Source: Lingula anatina
Lineage: Eukaryota; Animalia; Brachiopoda
DNA: 64,000 bases
Direction: 5' to 3'
Assembly (NCBI GenBank): GCA_051362555.1
Contig: CM120644.1
Coordinates: 6,952,954-7,016,953, forward strand
Part shown: positions 13,001-26,047 of the stretch, piece after piece
Layout of the letters: the number at the start of each line of letters is the position of its first letter
Numbering within the stretch: the stretch's first letter is position 1
The notes under the pieces: model-generated
What the model saw: the letters and a program-made list of their open reading frames with translations, nothing else
What the model was told of the DNA's origin: nothing
Databases searched by the model: none
Made by a program: the position numbers and the translations under genes

Positions 13001-16000
13001 GAAAACTCTCTTACAATATCCGTATACAAGCCTCGTTTTGACTTAGTGCTTTCTCATGAGATTCAGTCTCGTTTTAGCTTTTCCTTCACACATTATTACT
13101 TATTTAGAGCTACTGAGTATTGAAGACAATGAAAATAATTTTTCTTGGCACTTACCACGGTGCTAATACAAATGAATTTTAACTTTTTTTCATTGTAAAT
13201 AAACCTTTTTTACATGAGGCCAACTGACGAAGGTATTACTTTCATTGAAATATGAAAAATAACAAATGAAAGGCAATTTACATTTAATCACATTGTTATA
13301 TTTTATTTTATTCTTTACATTACAACTAGTCTGAAACATGGTATCACCATATTGTTACACCCATAAGTTATCAAAACTGTGCTAATATATATATACACCA
13401 GTGGTACATGTATGTTGCAAAATTGTTATTTTACATTACATTGTACATTAATTACCCAGTAGGTGATAATTTAATGCTACCTTACTTGATTGGTACACAT
13501 TTATATATATATTTAACCAACCTACACACAATTCCCCTTTACAAAGTGGACCACTTCAATTTTACAAATAATATAATTTCATAAATTTTCCCAGAGTTGT
13601 CAGATTAATTTTCTTTCACTGATACCAAGTACCAATCCATATTTGCATTTGAATAAGCTCATTTTATTTTGAAAAGTAGACATTATCTATAAGCTTTGTA
13701 TATATAAAAAACCTGCACAGTAAAAATAAAACATAAAACATGTATTGTTTATAGTTGCACCTACCTTACACTTTTAACTAACTTCATGTGGTTAAAACCT
13801 AAAATGATTTCACAAACTGCATTTCTATATACTGAAAAACAATAACTATTAATATAAGCAACAGCACAGCTCAAAAATATTTTTTTCATCCTTAAGAAGT
13901 ATCGCAGAGGTTATGGTGTTAATTTCCACGCAGCATTTGGATATGATGGGTGCTTTTGTTATGATAATTGCAGGTCAAGGCACGACAAAAGGAACAATCC
14001 TGGTCCCATTCATGCTATTCAAGCCTAGAAAAAATAATAGAGTTTCCAATAGAATATTATCATCATCTTTATCATCTTTTTAACAGGTAAACTATAACAA
14101 TCAATCTTTATCTTAAACAGCACTACCGGTATATTTACAATCAATATTTACCTTAAGTGCACTATTTATACTTAATTCATAACAGTAATTATAAATAATA
14201 ATCATCTGAAACTGAACCCATCATCAAGTAAAAACCCAATTTGAATCAAGGCCTGAAAATATTAGAAAACACATTCAAGTCACCACATATATTTTGTGGT
14301 GTTTCCCACTATCATGTACCCCCATGTACATACACACATACATATACTATTCATCTTTGTTAACTGGCATTTTTATGACATTCTTCTCCTCAATACCCCA
14401 ACCAATGCAATTAAACTTAATGTGTGTTTACATGGTTTTTTTTACTAAAAAATTAACACAATACATTTGGACCTCCCCCCAGCAAAAAAGTAAACATGTT
14501 TAAAGCCATGTGATTTAAGATTCATATCTTTTAAAAATGTCTATGGTTAGTTTACAATAATGTATCTTTCACAACTACTGGTACCAATGACCCCCCTCCC
14601 TACCGCTTTGCTAACAAGTGCCGGTGTACCATGAAAATCTGACTCCCCTAAAATGTGACTCCCCAGTCAGATTTTCATTATGAAAATGTGACTCCCCCTA
14701 TGAAATTTTGACTCCCCCCCCCAAAAAAATTCATTAATCTCATTTTATTTGAGTAAATGACTATGATTTTGTAGTATGCATATTGAATGATACATTGGCA
14801 CATTTTTTGTAGTTTGCAGTGAGAATTTTAATGAACAAATAAGAAAATTAAAAATGAGAACATAATGAAAATCTGACTCCCCCATGAAAATTTGACTCCC
14901 CCTCCTCAAATCTTCATAAATCTTATTTTATTTTGAGTATATGACTGTGATCCTGTAGCATGTAAAATGGTTGATACATTGGCACATTTTTTGTAGTTTG
15001 CAGTGAAAATTTTAATAAAAAAGTGAGTAAATTAAAAATGTGCACATAATGAAAATCTGACTCCCCCATGAAAATTTGACTCCCCCGCCACAAAACTTCA
15101 TAAATTTAATTTTATTTTGAGTATATGACTGTGATCCTGTAGCATGTAAAATGGTTGATACATTGGCACATTTTTTGTAGTTTGCAGTGAAAATTTTAAT
15201 AAAAAAATGAGAAAATTAAAAATGTGCACATAATGAAAATCTGACTCCCCCATGAAAATTTGACTCCCCCGCCACAAAACTTCATAAATTTAATTTTATT
15301 TTGAGTATATGACTGTGATCCTGTAGCATGTAAAATGGTTGATACATTGGCACATTTATTGTAGTTTGCAGGGAAAATTTTTTGAAAAAATGAGAAAATT
15401 AAAAATGTGCACATAATGAAAATCTGACTCCCCCATGAAAATACGCCCCCCCCCCTCCACAAAACTTCATAAATCTTATTTTATTTTGAGTATACGACTT
15501 AATTAACAGAGAATACTCAGTGCAATCGATACCCAAATACTCCTTCGGTTTATAAATTGTAACTTAAGCATATACTGTATTGTCCTGTCAAATTCATTAG
15601 TATTTAAATCAGCTGGCCATTGCACAAACATACGTACAACTTACCTGTCTCTGTGCCTTCGTCACCCGCCAAATTTTCTTAGAGCTGCCGCGCCACGTTT
15701 TGAAAACGAGGCCAAATCTAATATTTTCCAAAATAACCGTCATATGAGCCGGTGGCTCCCGGGTTGCTCTGTAATAATTTCTTAAGAGATTATAACAGAC
15801 TATAGCCATCAATGGATGTCACATGGTCTAAAGCCAAGCGCAGATATCAGAATAATAGATATGGCTCCGATTCGAAGCAATTTTTGCAGCAGATTTGCAG
15901 TTAGATTGAGATGCCGTGAAATCGAAAGACTCAGAGCAGTAGAAAAGAGGCAAACCAATGGTTTCTAACTCTAATGGTTTAGGAAATTACAATGTGAAAT

Positions 16001-16984
16001 AAATTTTATATTATCGTCCACCCCAGGGGCAGCCTGGTCAGTTTCATCATACATATTCGAAGCAAACCTGTCCCCACTCCAATTCTACCTGTTTCGTACT
16101 TCAGACTGTTTCGGGGACTTAGAAAAAAATCTTGGTTGCAAAATGGGTTGCAGTTGCAAAATACGTTCAGTTGCAAAATGCGGCTCCACTAAGAAGGACC
16201 GCATTTTGCAACTGAACGTATTTTGCAACCGGTTGCAAAATGCGATGGTTCGCAAAATGCGGCTCTACAGGAGTATATACTTCATCCATACCTAAAATTG
16301 AAGCAGATTTGAGGCACGCTTGCAGCGTGATTGCAGTAGTCTACTGCGATGGAGTAGCTACTGCGTTTTCTTGCGGGTCATACAAAGAGTTATTATCTCT
16401 GTTTTATCTTATCTTATTAAATAAGGGATGTCACACATTGAAAGATACATCTCCGACTAGTTTTTAAAACGACGCGATAATTTGTCAATAAAGGCACATG
16501 GAATATGGGGAGGGACAACCTTTTGTATCAATGTCGTATAATGATGCAACTACATTTCATTAGCCACACCTGTTAGTATCATAATATGTACCTTGTTGTA
16601 TAACATCCCCTATTAAAGCAATAGAGATTTAAAATACTAAAAAAATTCAATGTTTGGCCAAGACGAAGATATATTATGACTTTAAATAACACTTGACATA
16701 CAAAGAAATTTAACATGCTCATTATTGCTGTTAACAATGCAAAGACCCAACTGGATGCATTTATGGCGTTTTGTATTGACAGATTTACTTTTGACTTTCT
16801 ATTCTTTTTTATAGACGATGCCGACACGTATGTGCAAATCTTGAATACCGGCGCCGTGAGAGGTTTATTATTCGAAACCCTTCGTTTTGTAAAACGAATC
16901 GACGCCAGAACTGACAGGCTTGAAGAACTTTTGGACGAAAAAAACACAATTGTCAGGCAGACATCGAGCAAAGGGGAATCTTAA
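3630..16984 (+). CDS. Paralog 1 (intact): N-terminal variable domain + coiled coil + Death domain + CARD protein, about 633 aa, 7 exons
   Basis: Exons 3630-3870, 4423-5111, 5375-5600, 5731-5925, 10239-10514, 10809-10913 and 16815-16984 all have GT-AG boundaries with compatible phases (1,0,1,1,1,1). Total 1902 nt with no internal stop. The same exon structure recurs in the other paralogs. Confidence 0.85.
5731..5925 (+). CDS. Death-domain exon of paralog 1 (not in the ORF track on + strand)
   Basis: Translates as GDSWHKLGRALEVSSRSLNDIEARYGRAGSEEHVWAVLEKWAKRENPTKEDLLQAVMKIGQEAIL, with the Death-domain pattern W..LGR.L....I..IE ... L..W ... T...L..A...IG. Helix 1 (LKNICSVISKALG) is in the preceding exon. 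Confidence 0.85.
6390..9651. mobile_element. CACTA/EnSpm-like TIR element in intron 4 of paralog 1
   Basis: Termini are CACTGACAGCAAAAAAG and CTTTTTTTTCTCTCAGTG, with a 3-bp TSD GAT (6387-6389, 9652-9654). GACTC/GAGTC subterminal repeats are dense at both ends. Only fragmentary minus-strand coding remnants are present inside. Confidence 0.75.
10239..10514 (+). CDS. CARD exon of paralog 1
   Basis: MTDHHRDILQNLHPYLHNEMMDVELLFPYLRGDKVLTSSQIEII...KIDNFLKMLPNLGCSAFYGFVKALEQSGQMHIAEKL matches the caspase/RAIDD-type CARD pattern (L..L.....G..AF..F..AL...GQ.H.A..L). The exon is 276 nt, phase 1-1. Confidence 0.9.
11532..12572. mobile_element. TTAA-flanked non-autonomous element (Kolobok-like); related sequence at 15782-15835 and 62177-62519
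   Basis: Begins TTAA|AGGGATAATAACTC and ends GTTATAATCTC|TTAA, with an internal direct repeat (about 11550-11640 vs 12445-12535). Reverse-complement homology at 62310-62519. Confidence 0.5.
14630..15500. repeat. Tandem repeat, about 184-bp unit, about 4.5 copies
   Basis: CATAATGAAAATCTGACTCCCCCATGAAAAT recurs at about 14861, 15045, 15229 and 15413, with degenerate units upstream. Confidence 0.9.
16138..16268. repeat. TTGCAAAATG-based palindrome, probable MITE end
   Basis: TTGCAAAATACGTTCAGTTGCAAAATGCGG ... CCGCATTTTGCAACTGAACGTATTTTGCAA forms a stem of about 30 bp (16155-16228). Confidence 0.75.
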
Positions 16985-18316
16985 TCAGATAATTCATTAA
17001 ATATGGAAATGCCAGTTGGATTTTGTCGAGACAAAATATGAGAACCAAAAACTGTAAATCAAAATTAAGATCAAGATATATTTTTATTCTTGTCAACAAT
17101 GTTTTTTAATAATAGAAAAGTAAAGCTTTATTGAATTTCAAACCATTAAGTGAAGATTTAGATGTGGAAATGCACAATACACATACAATCGTTGCACGAG
17201 ATAGCTATTTACCTAAAATCGAATGATTAAAACGTCAAGTAAATGGCAGGGGCCAAAAGGGGTGTAATATACTGTCGGTAGGAAAAGATCAAGTTCGATG
17301 CCACACGCCTTTTACCTTTATATACAGCACAATTGTACGTGTCAAGAGAGTCAGAGAGGGTGAGAGAAAAAGGAAGAGGGAAGGTTAGGCAGAGAGAAGT
17401 GATGAACAGCATTAATAACTATAAATATATTGATTGATTGATGCAACGTGTGCGGGGATAGATGTTTATAGAAAAAAGGGGCTATCTGTATGTATACAGC
17501 CAGAGACCCGAATGGAAGCTGGACAAATTATTTATGTAATGAAATGTTAAGCTTTTGGCAAGTAATTGCACATTGGGATAGTTAATTCATGGCTGGAGTA
17601 GTTATTGGTCAGTTTATACATTTATCATCTTTATTATTTACATTGATTTCGACTTGGACGCAATATTGCTATTCAGGTTTTCTAACAAAGCAGATGTCAA
17701 GTCTTCAGTAGTGGATAACACAGCTGTTTACTTGTTGTCCCGTTTTTATGCATATTATCATATAATTGTATTTTGTTTGTGTAAATAGATTTATGTTGAA
17801 CCTATATTCACTTTATTTTGAATAGAATGGGTCTCAATGCAGTATAAGTACATCTGCTATACAGCTGTTTATAGAGAGAAACTTTGAGACATTTGAGAGT
17901 TTCAAGAGACATCTTGTTGCGCAAGCGGGATCTTTGGAGACGTTAAATTAAGTTATAACAAGTGTTTTTCTATATCTTCCAGAAATAAAGCTGTTGGAGA
18001 ACCAGAAAACATTATTTGTCTTTCATTTACCCTGTGGCAATATCATACTTGAAACAGGTAGCTTACTAGCATTTAATCATTTACTGTTGTACAATAAGTG
18101 GGCTTTATTTGATCTGATACGCATATTCTTTATAACTATAAAATCAAATCACATTTCAATGCAAGATTCAAGTTTTATAATTTCGAATATATAATCTCCA
18201 GTATATAAAATATTCCAAGTATGTATGTGAAATGTGCAAATTATGTAAAAGTTCTTTCTATAAAATGAAAAAATGCGAAATTATGATGTAAAAGCATAAA
18301 TGCAACTGACTACATA

Positions 18317-19963
18317 GAGGGTTACTACTTAATAAGGAATTTTTTTTTATCATTGTTACTTTTGAGTGCTGATTATATATTTTTTGGCTTGATTCATCAA
18401 AAAAGTATGTCATTGAGTGATAAAAATATCCAGTCTTCTATTGTGTGATATTTTGGTCAATAATATTAAATCTGACATAAGATGTAATTCAAAAGAAAAG
18501 AACACCCCCAGAAAACCATATCAACAGTTTGATGGCAGTATTAACTTTAAGCTAAGATATTAAAGAAAATGATAGCCTCCGGACAGTGATATGTTACACA
18601 GTCAAAGAAATCATTACAGTAAATCATAAAAAGTCATCAATAGCGGGTATGACCTCCAGCAGCCGCTTGCAGCGCCCTCATCCTACATGACATACCCCGT
18701 GAAAATTTTTTTTAGAATTTGGATTGGGATATCATTCCACTCAGTAATATTTGCCTGTCGCAGTTCATCGCTATTCACTGGCCGATGGCCATATATATTA
18801 ATTCTGTGAGTTACTTCCGCCCACAGATTTTCAATTGGGTTCATTTCTGGGGAGTTTGCAGGCCAGGGCAGTTGCTGAACCCATTGGTTTTGAAGAAAAA
18901 CAGTGATTCTGCGAGATCAATGTGGGGTTACGCAGTCGTCTTGGTACACAAAGTTGTTCCTGAAGATGACCCTTACAAATCGAATCGAATCGTTTGCTTT
19001 AGAATGTCTCTGTAGGAATCCTGGTTGAGGTTGCCTCCCAGAAAAACGAACTGGTTCTGGGCACCGTTATAAAATGCTCCCCAAACAGAGACATTGCCAC
19101 GCCTGTTTGCAAACTAGGCAGTACACAATCATCGTTTTAAACCTCTCGTACACGTCGGCTGACACGGATTCGACCGTTAACACCCCCCCCCCCCCAAAAG
19201 AAAAAAAAAACAAAACATATCTGGCTTCATCACTGAAAACGACGTGATTCCAGTGTTTTGGCTGCAAACGCGCGTGGTCTCCAGCCCATTGCAGACGTCG
19301 TTGCATATGACCTGCTGTTAACAGTGGTTGCCGTACTGGTCTTCGTGTAAAATAACCAGTAAGCAGTAATCTCTTGTTCACGAGGGACCTTGAAACGGGC
19401 GTTTGAATGACATTCTGCCACTCTTTTCTGAGGTCTCTGGTTGTATTTGTACGACCAGCACGGCGCATTCTAAGGAGAAGGCGATCCTGTCTTCTTGGTG
19501 TGATACGCGGACACCCTGGTCGAGGTAATGGAGAAGGTGCCCCTGTTGTAGCATTTCTTTGGAGGACTTGACTAACGGTTCCTGAAAAATGTTGAATTGT
19601 CGGGCAATGGCTGTCCGTTTCTGGCCATTTTCTCTGAGTGCAAGGATCCCATAGTGAGCTGCATTGCTTAGCGGTCGAACCATATCTTCTCTAAGGTACC
19701 TGTCAAGTTTCAGAGCGATCCCTTTGTTGCTTCTCTAAATATACTCCAAAGATTGAACAAACCCATATGTTTTAAACAAGAGCAGAAATTGCCGAAAAGA
19801 CCACCCCTCACATTTCTAGCCACAGAACATGCAACTGCATTCATCAATTGTTTAGAGAGTTGTGTGGTAATTACGCAACACACCTGGCTACACATGGAGT
19901 GACACCTCAGTTTTAGATTTTAAAGAGTAAGCGAGAAAAATGTTTTGAAGAAAATTTACTGGC

Positions 19964-20008
<45 letters not shown>

Positions 20009-20029
20009 CCATATTTAGTAGTAACCCTG
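18317..20029 (-). mobile_element. Full-length but decayed Tc1/mariner element
   Basis: Imperfect TIRs (G/C)AGGGTTACTACT(T/A)AATA(A/T)GGAATTTTTT are flanked by TA (18315-16, 20030-31). The frameshifted transposase starts at ATG 19683, with an HTH region and KHWNHVVFSDEAR. PHIDL/PIENLW-like remnants lie at about 18820-18930. Confidence 0.9.
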
Positions 20030-20130
20030 TATTTAATTTTGATTAGTGCCGTTGACTAATTAGTCCCGCTGACTTATAAATGAAACAGGTTTCAAATATA
20101 ATTTTCTTAATGGTATACAGCCATTACTTA

Positions 20131-20327
20131 AGGCGCATTCAGATTCATGCATCGTACAAGCTAGGTCGGTCCAACTCTGCGGGTAAGGGAATCAGTTTAA
20201 TTGTCTGACATGCCTCTTCAAACAGCTAGGGAGCAATTAACTATCGTGTGACGTTTTTGATTTATCGAAATTGTCCAGTAAAGTTGGACCGATGCAGCAA
20301 GTACGATGTTTGGATTTGAATGCGCCC
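20131..20327. mobile_element. Harbinger/Tourist-like MITE
   Basis: TIRs AGGCGCATTCAGATTC...CATCGTAC and GTACGATG...GATTTGAATGCGCCC, with TTA on both sides. Confidence 0.7.
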
Positions 20328-21626
20328 TTAATGCACCTATCAAAAGTAGCACGCCTTAAATACACATTAAAATTCGGTTATCTTCACGTAAACGTCAAAT
20401 ACGGATTCAGTTATTAGTTTACACTATATAAATGTGTGTACCATTTGTAGATACAAAGATAAGACACCTTTGATAAACAGGTCCTAAAGGTAAGCTGGTG
20501 CCAGATTGTCAAGAACAAATATGATAACTTACTCTTCTGAAAAAATAACACAGAAAGTGACAAAGCATTTTAATACGTGAAATTTATAATATTTCAACCT
20601 GCAACCGGACTAGCTGCAGATATTGCAAATTATCGTACCAGCAGGATCGTTCCAACTCTGCTGGGATTCTTGCATTGTAATATAGCTTTACGGAAAAAAA
20701 AACTTATCATTAAACTATTTCATTCACGCTTACAAACGTTATTATCAGAATGATTCACCCAATTGCAATATCAAACTAGGTCGGCCAATTGTACGTACAT
20801 GTACTGGTAGTAGCCTGGATTCTGTCACCATATCAATATGTTATCAATAGCAAGTAGGCCTACTCTTGTTTATAAGTTGGGGGATTTCTGACAACGTTCA
20901 TCCCGATTTGGATTAAAATAACACGACTCACATGCCTTCTTTTTACCATATTTTGTTAATTTCATATTTCAAGAACTGATGTCTGTAGCGATACACTTAA
21001 ATAAAATATGTTTGGCCGGAATTTAGGAGATAACTAATGTTTTTAAAACATGTTTTTAAAAGTGGATATAACAAGCAGAAAATAAAACCTTAGGACTTAA
21101 GCTACAGAAAAACATAATGACGGAAAATCACTAAAGGGGGGGGGGTCGGTATTTGGCCCATGGACTATTATTAAGATTGATGAAATCGTTAGCCCAGCTC
21201 ACCAACCACATTTGTGACCGCAGTTACAACGGGAAATATGTACACACCGTATGTCGACAATTACATAGCTTTATACAACTGAGTATAAACGACATAAACA
21301 GCATTATCAGAGCTGCTTGGGGTATTGAAATACTTTTTTAATGAAAAGAGAAACAGAAAGTAAATCATGGATGTTAAAAGTCCTAGTGCTGACAAGCCTA
21401 ATGCTGATAAAAGAATGACACTTTAAAATGTAAGCGTTTTAAGAACAAAACTTCAATCGCTATCAAAATAATTCAGTCAAAAAGACCCATTGGTGAGCCC
21501 TTGCTGTACTATAAAAATTCGACTGGCGTCAAATGTTCAGTTAGTGTCATATGATATTCACCTTGGGTGACCTGACCTTAAGTTGGGTGAATTCCTTTTG
21601 CTCTGGGCATGCGCTAATATGATATT

Positions 21627-21637
21627 GGGAATTTCCC
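21627..21637. promoter_or_regulatory. NF-kB (Rel) consensus site upstream of paralog 2
   Basis: GGGAATTTCCC, about 83 nt upstream of ATG 21720; matches GGGRNWYYCC. Confidence 0.6.
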
Positions 21638-21719
21638 GAACTGGCACGTCATTTTTGAAGTTAGAATATACATGTAGACTATAGTCACTGGATATTTTAT
21701 ATTGTTAAAATACACCAAA

Positions 21720-24700
21720 ATGGCAGATGATAATACTAGTAGACTTCCTGTTAATGTTCTGATCGTTGAAGATGTTTCTGGAGCTAATGGAAAAAGCCGG
21801 GAAGAGCTAATAGCCTCATTTAATGGATGGAGAGAGAAGTACGGTATTCCCGTCGAATTTAATATACACTGGCAGAAGCAGGATGATCCTATCCCAATAA
21901 TTATTGATATATATGCAGTTCTGTCTAACTTATTTCGGGGATGGCATAAATTCAAACCAGGTACCTTTTCTTATTTCAACATTTACGTACAAGTTAACTA
22001 TAGGCTATTGATCATGTCATATATCTAAACTTGTGTTAAACATCGTTGTCATTGTGCTCATACACTGTACATATATAATATAAATATATGAATGACGTGC
22101 AGATCTAGTTGCACAGTCAATGGACTCTTTGATATACATCTAGCTTTTGAATGAGTTAATATATATCTAAATGTTGATTAATAAAATTTGGATTTATTCT
22201 TGAGAATTTATTCAATGTGCTTTTGTAGTAATTCGTTAGAAACTTCGTTTAATAATTCTCCTTATAGAAGCAGATTTTACTATTGAAATCCCTTTGTCTG
22301 GATTTGACGTTCGCGAAGAAGGCTTCAGACAAGTTACGATAGGATCATACACCGAAGACTCCCTGCACTGGGCACTGGGGCGATGGTTTGTAAACAAGGA
22401 CACAGATATAATCTCTTGTTTAGCTGCCCTTCCTCAATATGAAATGCTGTCACTTCGAATAGAAGCTGATGATATTCAGTCACGTAGGGTTGTGAGACGC
22501 TATGAAGGTGTACTTCAGGAAAAGGAAGCCAAAATAACTGACATGCTTAATACCATCTCAGAGATGAAGAACAGGATTCAAGAGTACGGGGAAAGAATTA
22601 TAAAACTTGAAAAGAGACATGCCACTGAACTTCAGGAAAAAGTGACAGAAATAGACGGAATGCGTTTTATTCTCTTAAAGATAAAGAATGACATTGGGAA
22701 GAAAGATGGACTAATTGAAGAAATTACAGAAAAAAATCATCGATACGAAAAACTTATCAGCCGGCTACGAGAACAAGTGCAAAACAGCATTACAGAACTA
22801 AAAAAGAAGGAAGCGCATGGGGCAGAAATTCGTGAACACCTGTCAAAAATGGAGAAGAAGATGGCGGAGAGAAACAAAGAAATACAAGATATGACCAACA
22901 CACTTCATCAAAAATCACAAAGAATAGACAGTCTTCAAGAGAAGACACAAGATATGCAAGAAAAAATCTATCAGTTAGAAAAAGAAACAGAGCGTGTCAT
23001 GAAAGACAAGTACGATCTAGAGGCTAAACATGCACAGTGTCATGAGCTATCCGACAGTTATCAGGCTGCTTTAGTCTCCCTAGCTGCATGGAATCAACAG
23101 TTGAAGGACATGGAAACCAGACTGAAAAAAAACAACAAAGAGGTAAGCACATTGTATATGCATGTCATGCTACTGTATTTATACTCAGTGTGCATTTGGA
23201 CACCACCTGGAGGAGAGGCTAACAGCGGCAGACCAAATTATTTAATATAACTTACTCTTAGACCATCATGACTGATACCGGTTAGCAAACTAGTGGGATC
23301 CTTTTAATAATGAGAAAGAAACAACTGTGGTCTAAATATGTTGCTGCACCCATTCCGCCCAAGGGCAAAGAATTGGCGGGGATGGTGATGATGTACTTAC
23401 GTTTTTAAGAATTGTGTAATTTGTGAGAGAACAGTTTCATTAGCTCCCTAGTCATTTACTCCCTGATGATGGTGACTGACAGTCACTGTGATAAGCTCTT
23501 GATAAAAAGAAAAACAATAACTTAAAATGTGTAATTCGTGAAATGATTATATTCTTCATTAATCCAACTGTGTGAATAAATAGTCTCTTTACCTCTCTCT
23601 TCAAATTAAGCTGCAGACTGAGCAGTTATGTTTCATTACACCATTTTCAGAACACCGGACAACTGTTAGAAACCGTCGACCAAATTTGGCATGGACAAAA
23701 TGAGGAGGTCCTTTCTTCCATTGATCGCGTGATAGGCTTTCTTGCATCACACGACAAAACTCAGGGCTCTGAGATGTTATATTCACGACAAGAAAGCGGG
23801 AATGACTCTCCTTTGGAAGGAAATACAGAATTTAAAAATATTTGCTCTTTACTATCAAAATGTCTAGGTAAGATTGATAACACATAATAAGGGGCACGTC
23901 GATATTAAAATTAAGTCAATGTTCACAACCTTTTGTAAAATTGCCATCATAAAGCATCAAACAATGTAATTACTCCTGTATCTAAAATGAAATATATAAT
24001 CTGTATTTCAGGTGACTCGTGGCGCCAACTGGGCAGAGCGCTGGGGATAAGCACGCGTTGCCTTGACGACATTAGCGCACGGTATGAACAGGACGGAGGA
24101 GCAGAACTTGTCTGGGCTGTCATTGAGAAGTGGTCTAAACGGGGAAATCCTACAAAGGAGGGACTGTTATACGCTGTCAAAAACATTGGACAGGAAGCTA
24201 TTTTAGGGAAGTATTATAGTGTGTTAATACACACTCTACTGGGGTATTACCCATTACCCTACCGCCACTTTTATATGCACAACAGTACGGATTTGCCATA
24301 TAAAGGTGTCACTTTTGAATTGTTTTTTAATAAGTCATCCCAGGCGAATAGATATTCACCCCTTTCGCTAAAATATTCTCCCCGAGCGCCTCTTAAAGAC
24401 TCTCAGAAACTTTCAAGTGGAGAATGCCATCTTTGATTAATTCCTTTATGTTGTTAAGGTCCTCCCATGGCTGATCACCATCGTGATATTCTCCAAACCC
24501 TCCACCCATATCTGCACAAAGAGATGATGGATGTCGAACTGCTCTTGCCTTACTTAAGAGGAGACAAAATCCTTACCAGCTCTCAGATTGAGATAATCCT
24601 TCAAGGTCGAGGACGATTTGGGAAAATTGAGAACCTTCTCAAGATGTTACCTAACTTGGGATGTAGGGCGTTCGAAGGCTTTGTGCACGCTTTGGAACAG

Positions 24701-24838
24701 AGTGGTCAGATGCACATTGCCAAGACATTAATAGGTGAGAAATATACTCATCCTTCATAAAAGTTCCTATTGTACTTTCAATTTTCTGTTTAATTGAAAA
24801 AGGTAACGCAATTGTGATAAACGTGTATATTACGATCT

Positions 24839-24901
<63 letters not shown>

Positions 24902-25703
24902 CTTCTTCATAATCGTCCCCGTTTTCTCCATCATCACCGTCATTCTAAGTCCAATATCAGTTTTGATAGTTTAAGGTAATTTGTCTAGATGATAAAAATC
25001 CCCTTTACTGAATTAAAACCTCCATCTATTCATTCTTTAGAAGCCGAGCCCAAGGATCCCAGTGTCGTTGAAAGTGCTGAGATAGGGGGTGAAACTGTAC
25101 CCAATATATCCTCAAAAGAGACTGGTGTCAAAGTAGTGGAAGGTATGTCAATAGTCGTCAGAAGTATCTTGAAGTATTGATACATGTATATCATTATTAT
25201 ATCTTTCCAATGTGTAGCCCAGTGACAAACAAGAACGTTTAATAAAATATGTATATAAAATCACAGTGCATTGTTTTGTTTGGTAATCTTCTTAAAGTCG
25301 AAGGGCTGAAAGTATACATATGCAATTTGATAATTAAATTAAAAACTTTGATAGAAAATGTGTTGTTCTCCTTTGTTGGGGAATGAGGGGGGTCACGCCT
25401 GTCCGCGTTCTTTTAAACATTGGACGAGCATATGTTTCCATGGGACAAGATGGTTTTAATTTATTCAGTTATCAAAATGTTATATTTGTTACATGTGTAA
25501 GCTAATTTTACAAAGCGAACTTTTATCTTACAGGTGATGCTTCCTGTGATGGGCAAGTAAATCCCCCCGAAAACGATGATCAACGAATAACCGATATATT
25601 ACGTTTCGTAAAACAAATCGACGCCAGAACCAGCAGGCTTGAAGGATATGTAGACGAGAAAAACACAATTATCAGACAAACATCAAGCAATGAGGAATCT
25701 TAA
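21720..25703 (+). CDS. Paralog 2: N-domain + long coiled coil + Death domain + CARD, about 690 aa; exon-4 donor mutated
   Basis: Exons 21720-21960, 22274-23142, 23651-23867, 24012-24206, 24459-24734, 25041-25142 and 25534-25703 are all open and in phase. The donor after the Death-domain exon reads G|GGAAGT instead of G|GT. Confidence 0.8.
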
Positions 25704-26007
25704 TCTTTATATACTAACAGGAGATATGGATTAGAATGTTGATTAGTATGAAGATTTAAGCAAAATATTGAATCGATATTAAGATGTTTTTTTTTATAAA
25801 ATAATTAATTTATCCGGTTGTGATTTGATTTTGTATAATGCGTTGATATTTGCAGTTTTGGTAATACATATTACTTCATAGATTTTTACCTACAGAGCAA
25901 ATGTGAAAATAATAAATTAATGACGAGGCCCATAGGGGCTGAAAGTTCATATATACTAGGAACACAACGTCAGTGTTAAACACATTTCCAGATTCTATAC
26001 TGTACAT

Positions 26008-26047
<40 letters not shown>

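Noticed and set aside
14630-15500. Repeat array considered as a possible CRISPR-like locus
   Set aside because: Whole units are repeated, with no unique spacers and no cas genes, in eukaryotic context; it is a satellite-like tandem repeat.
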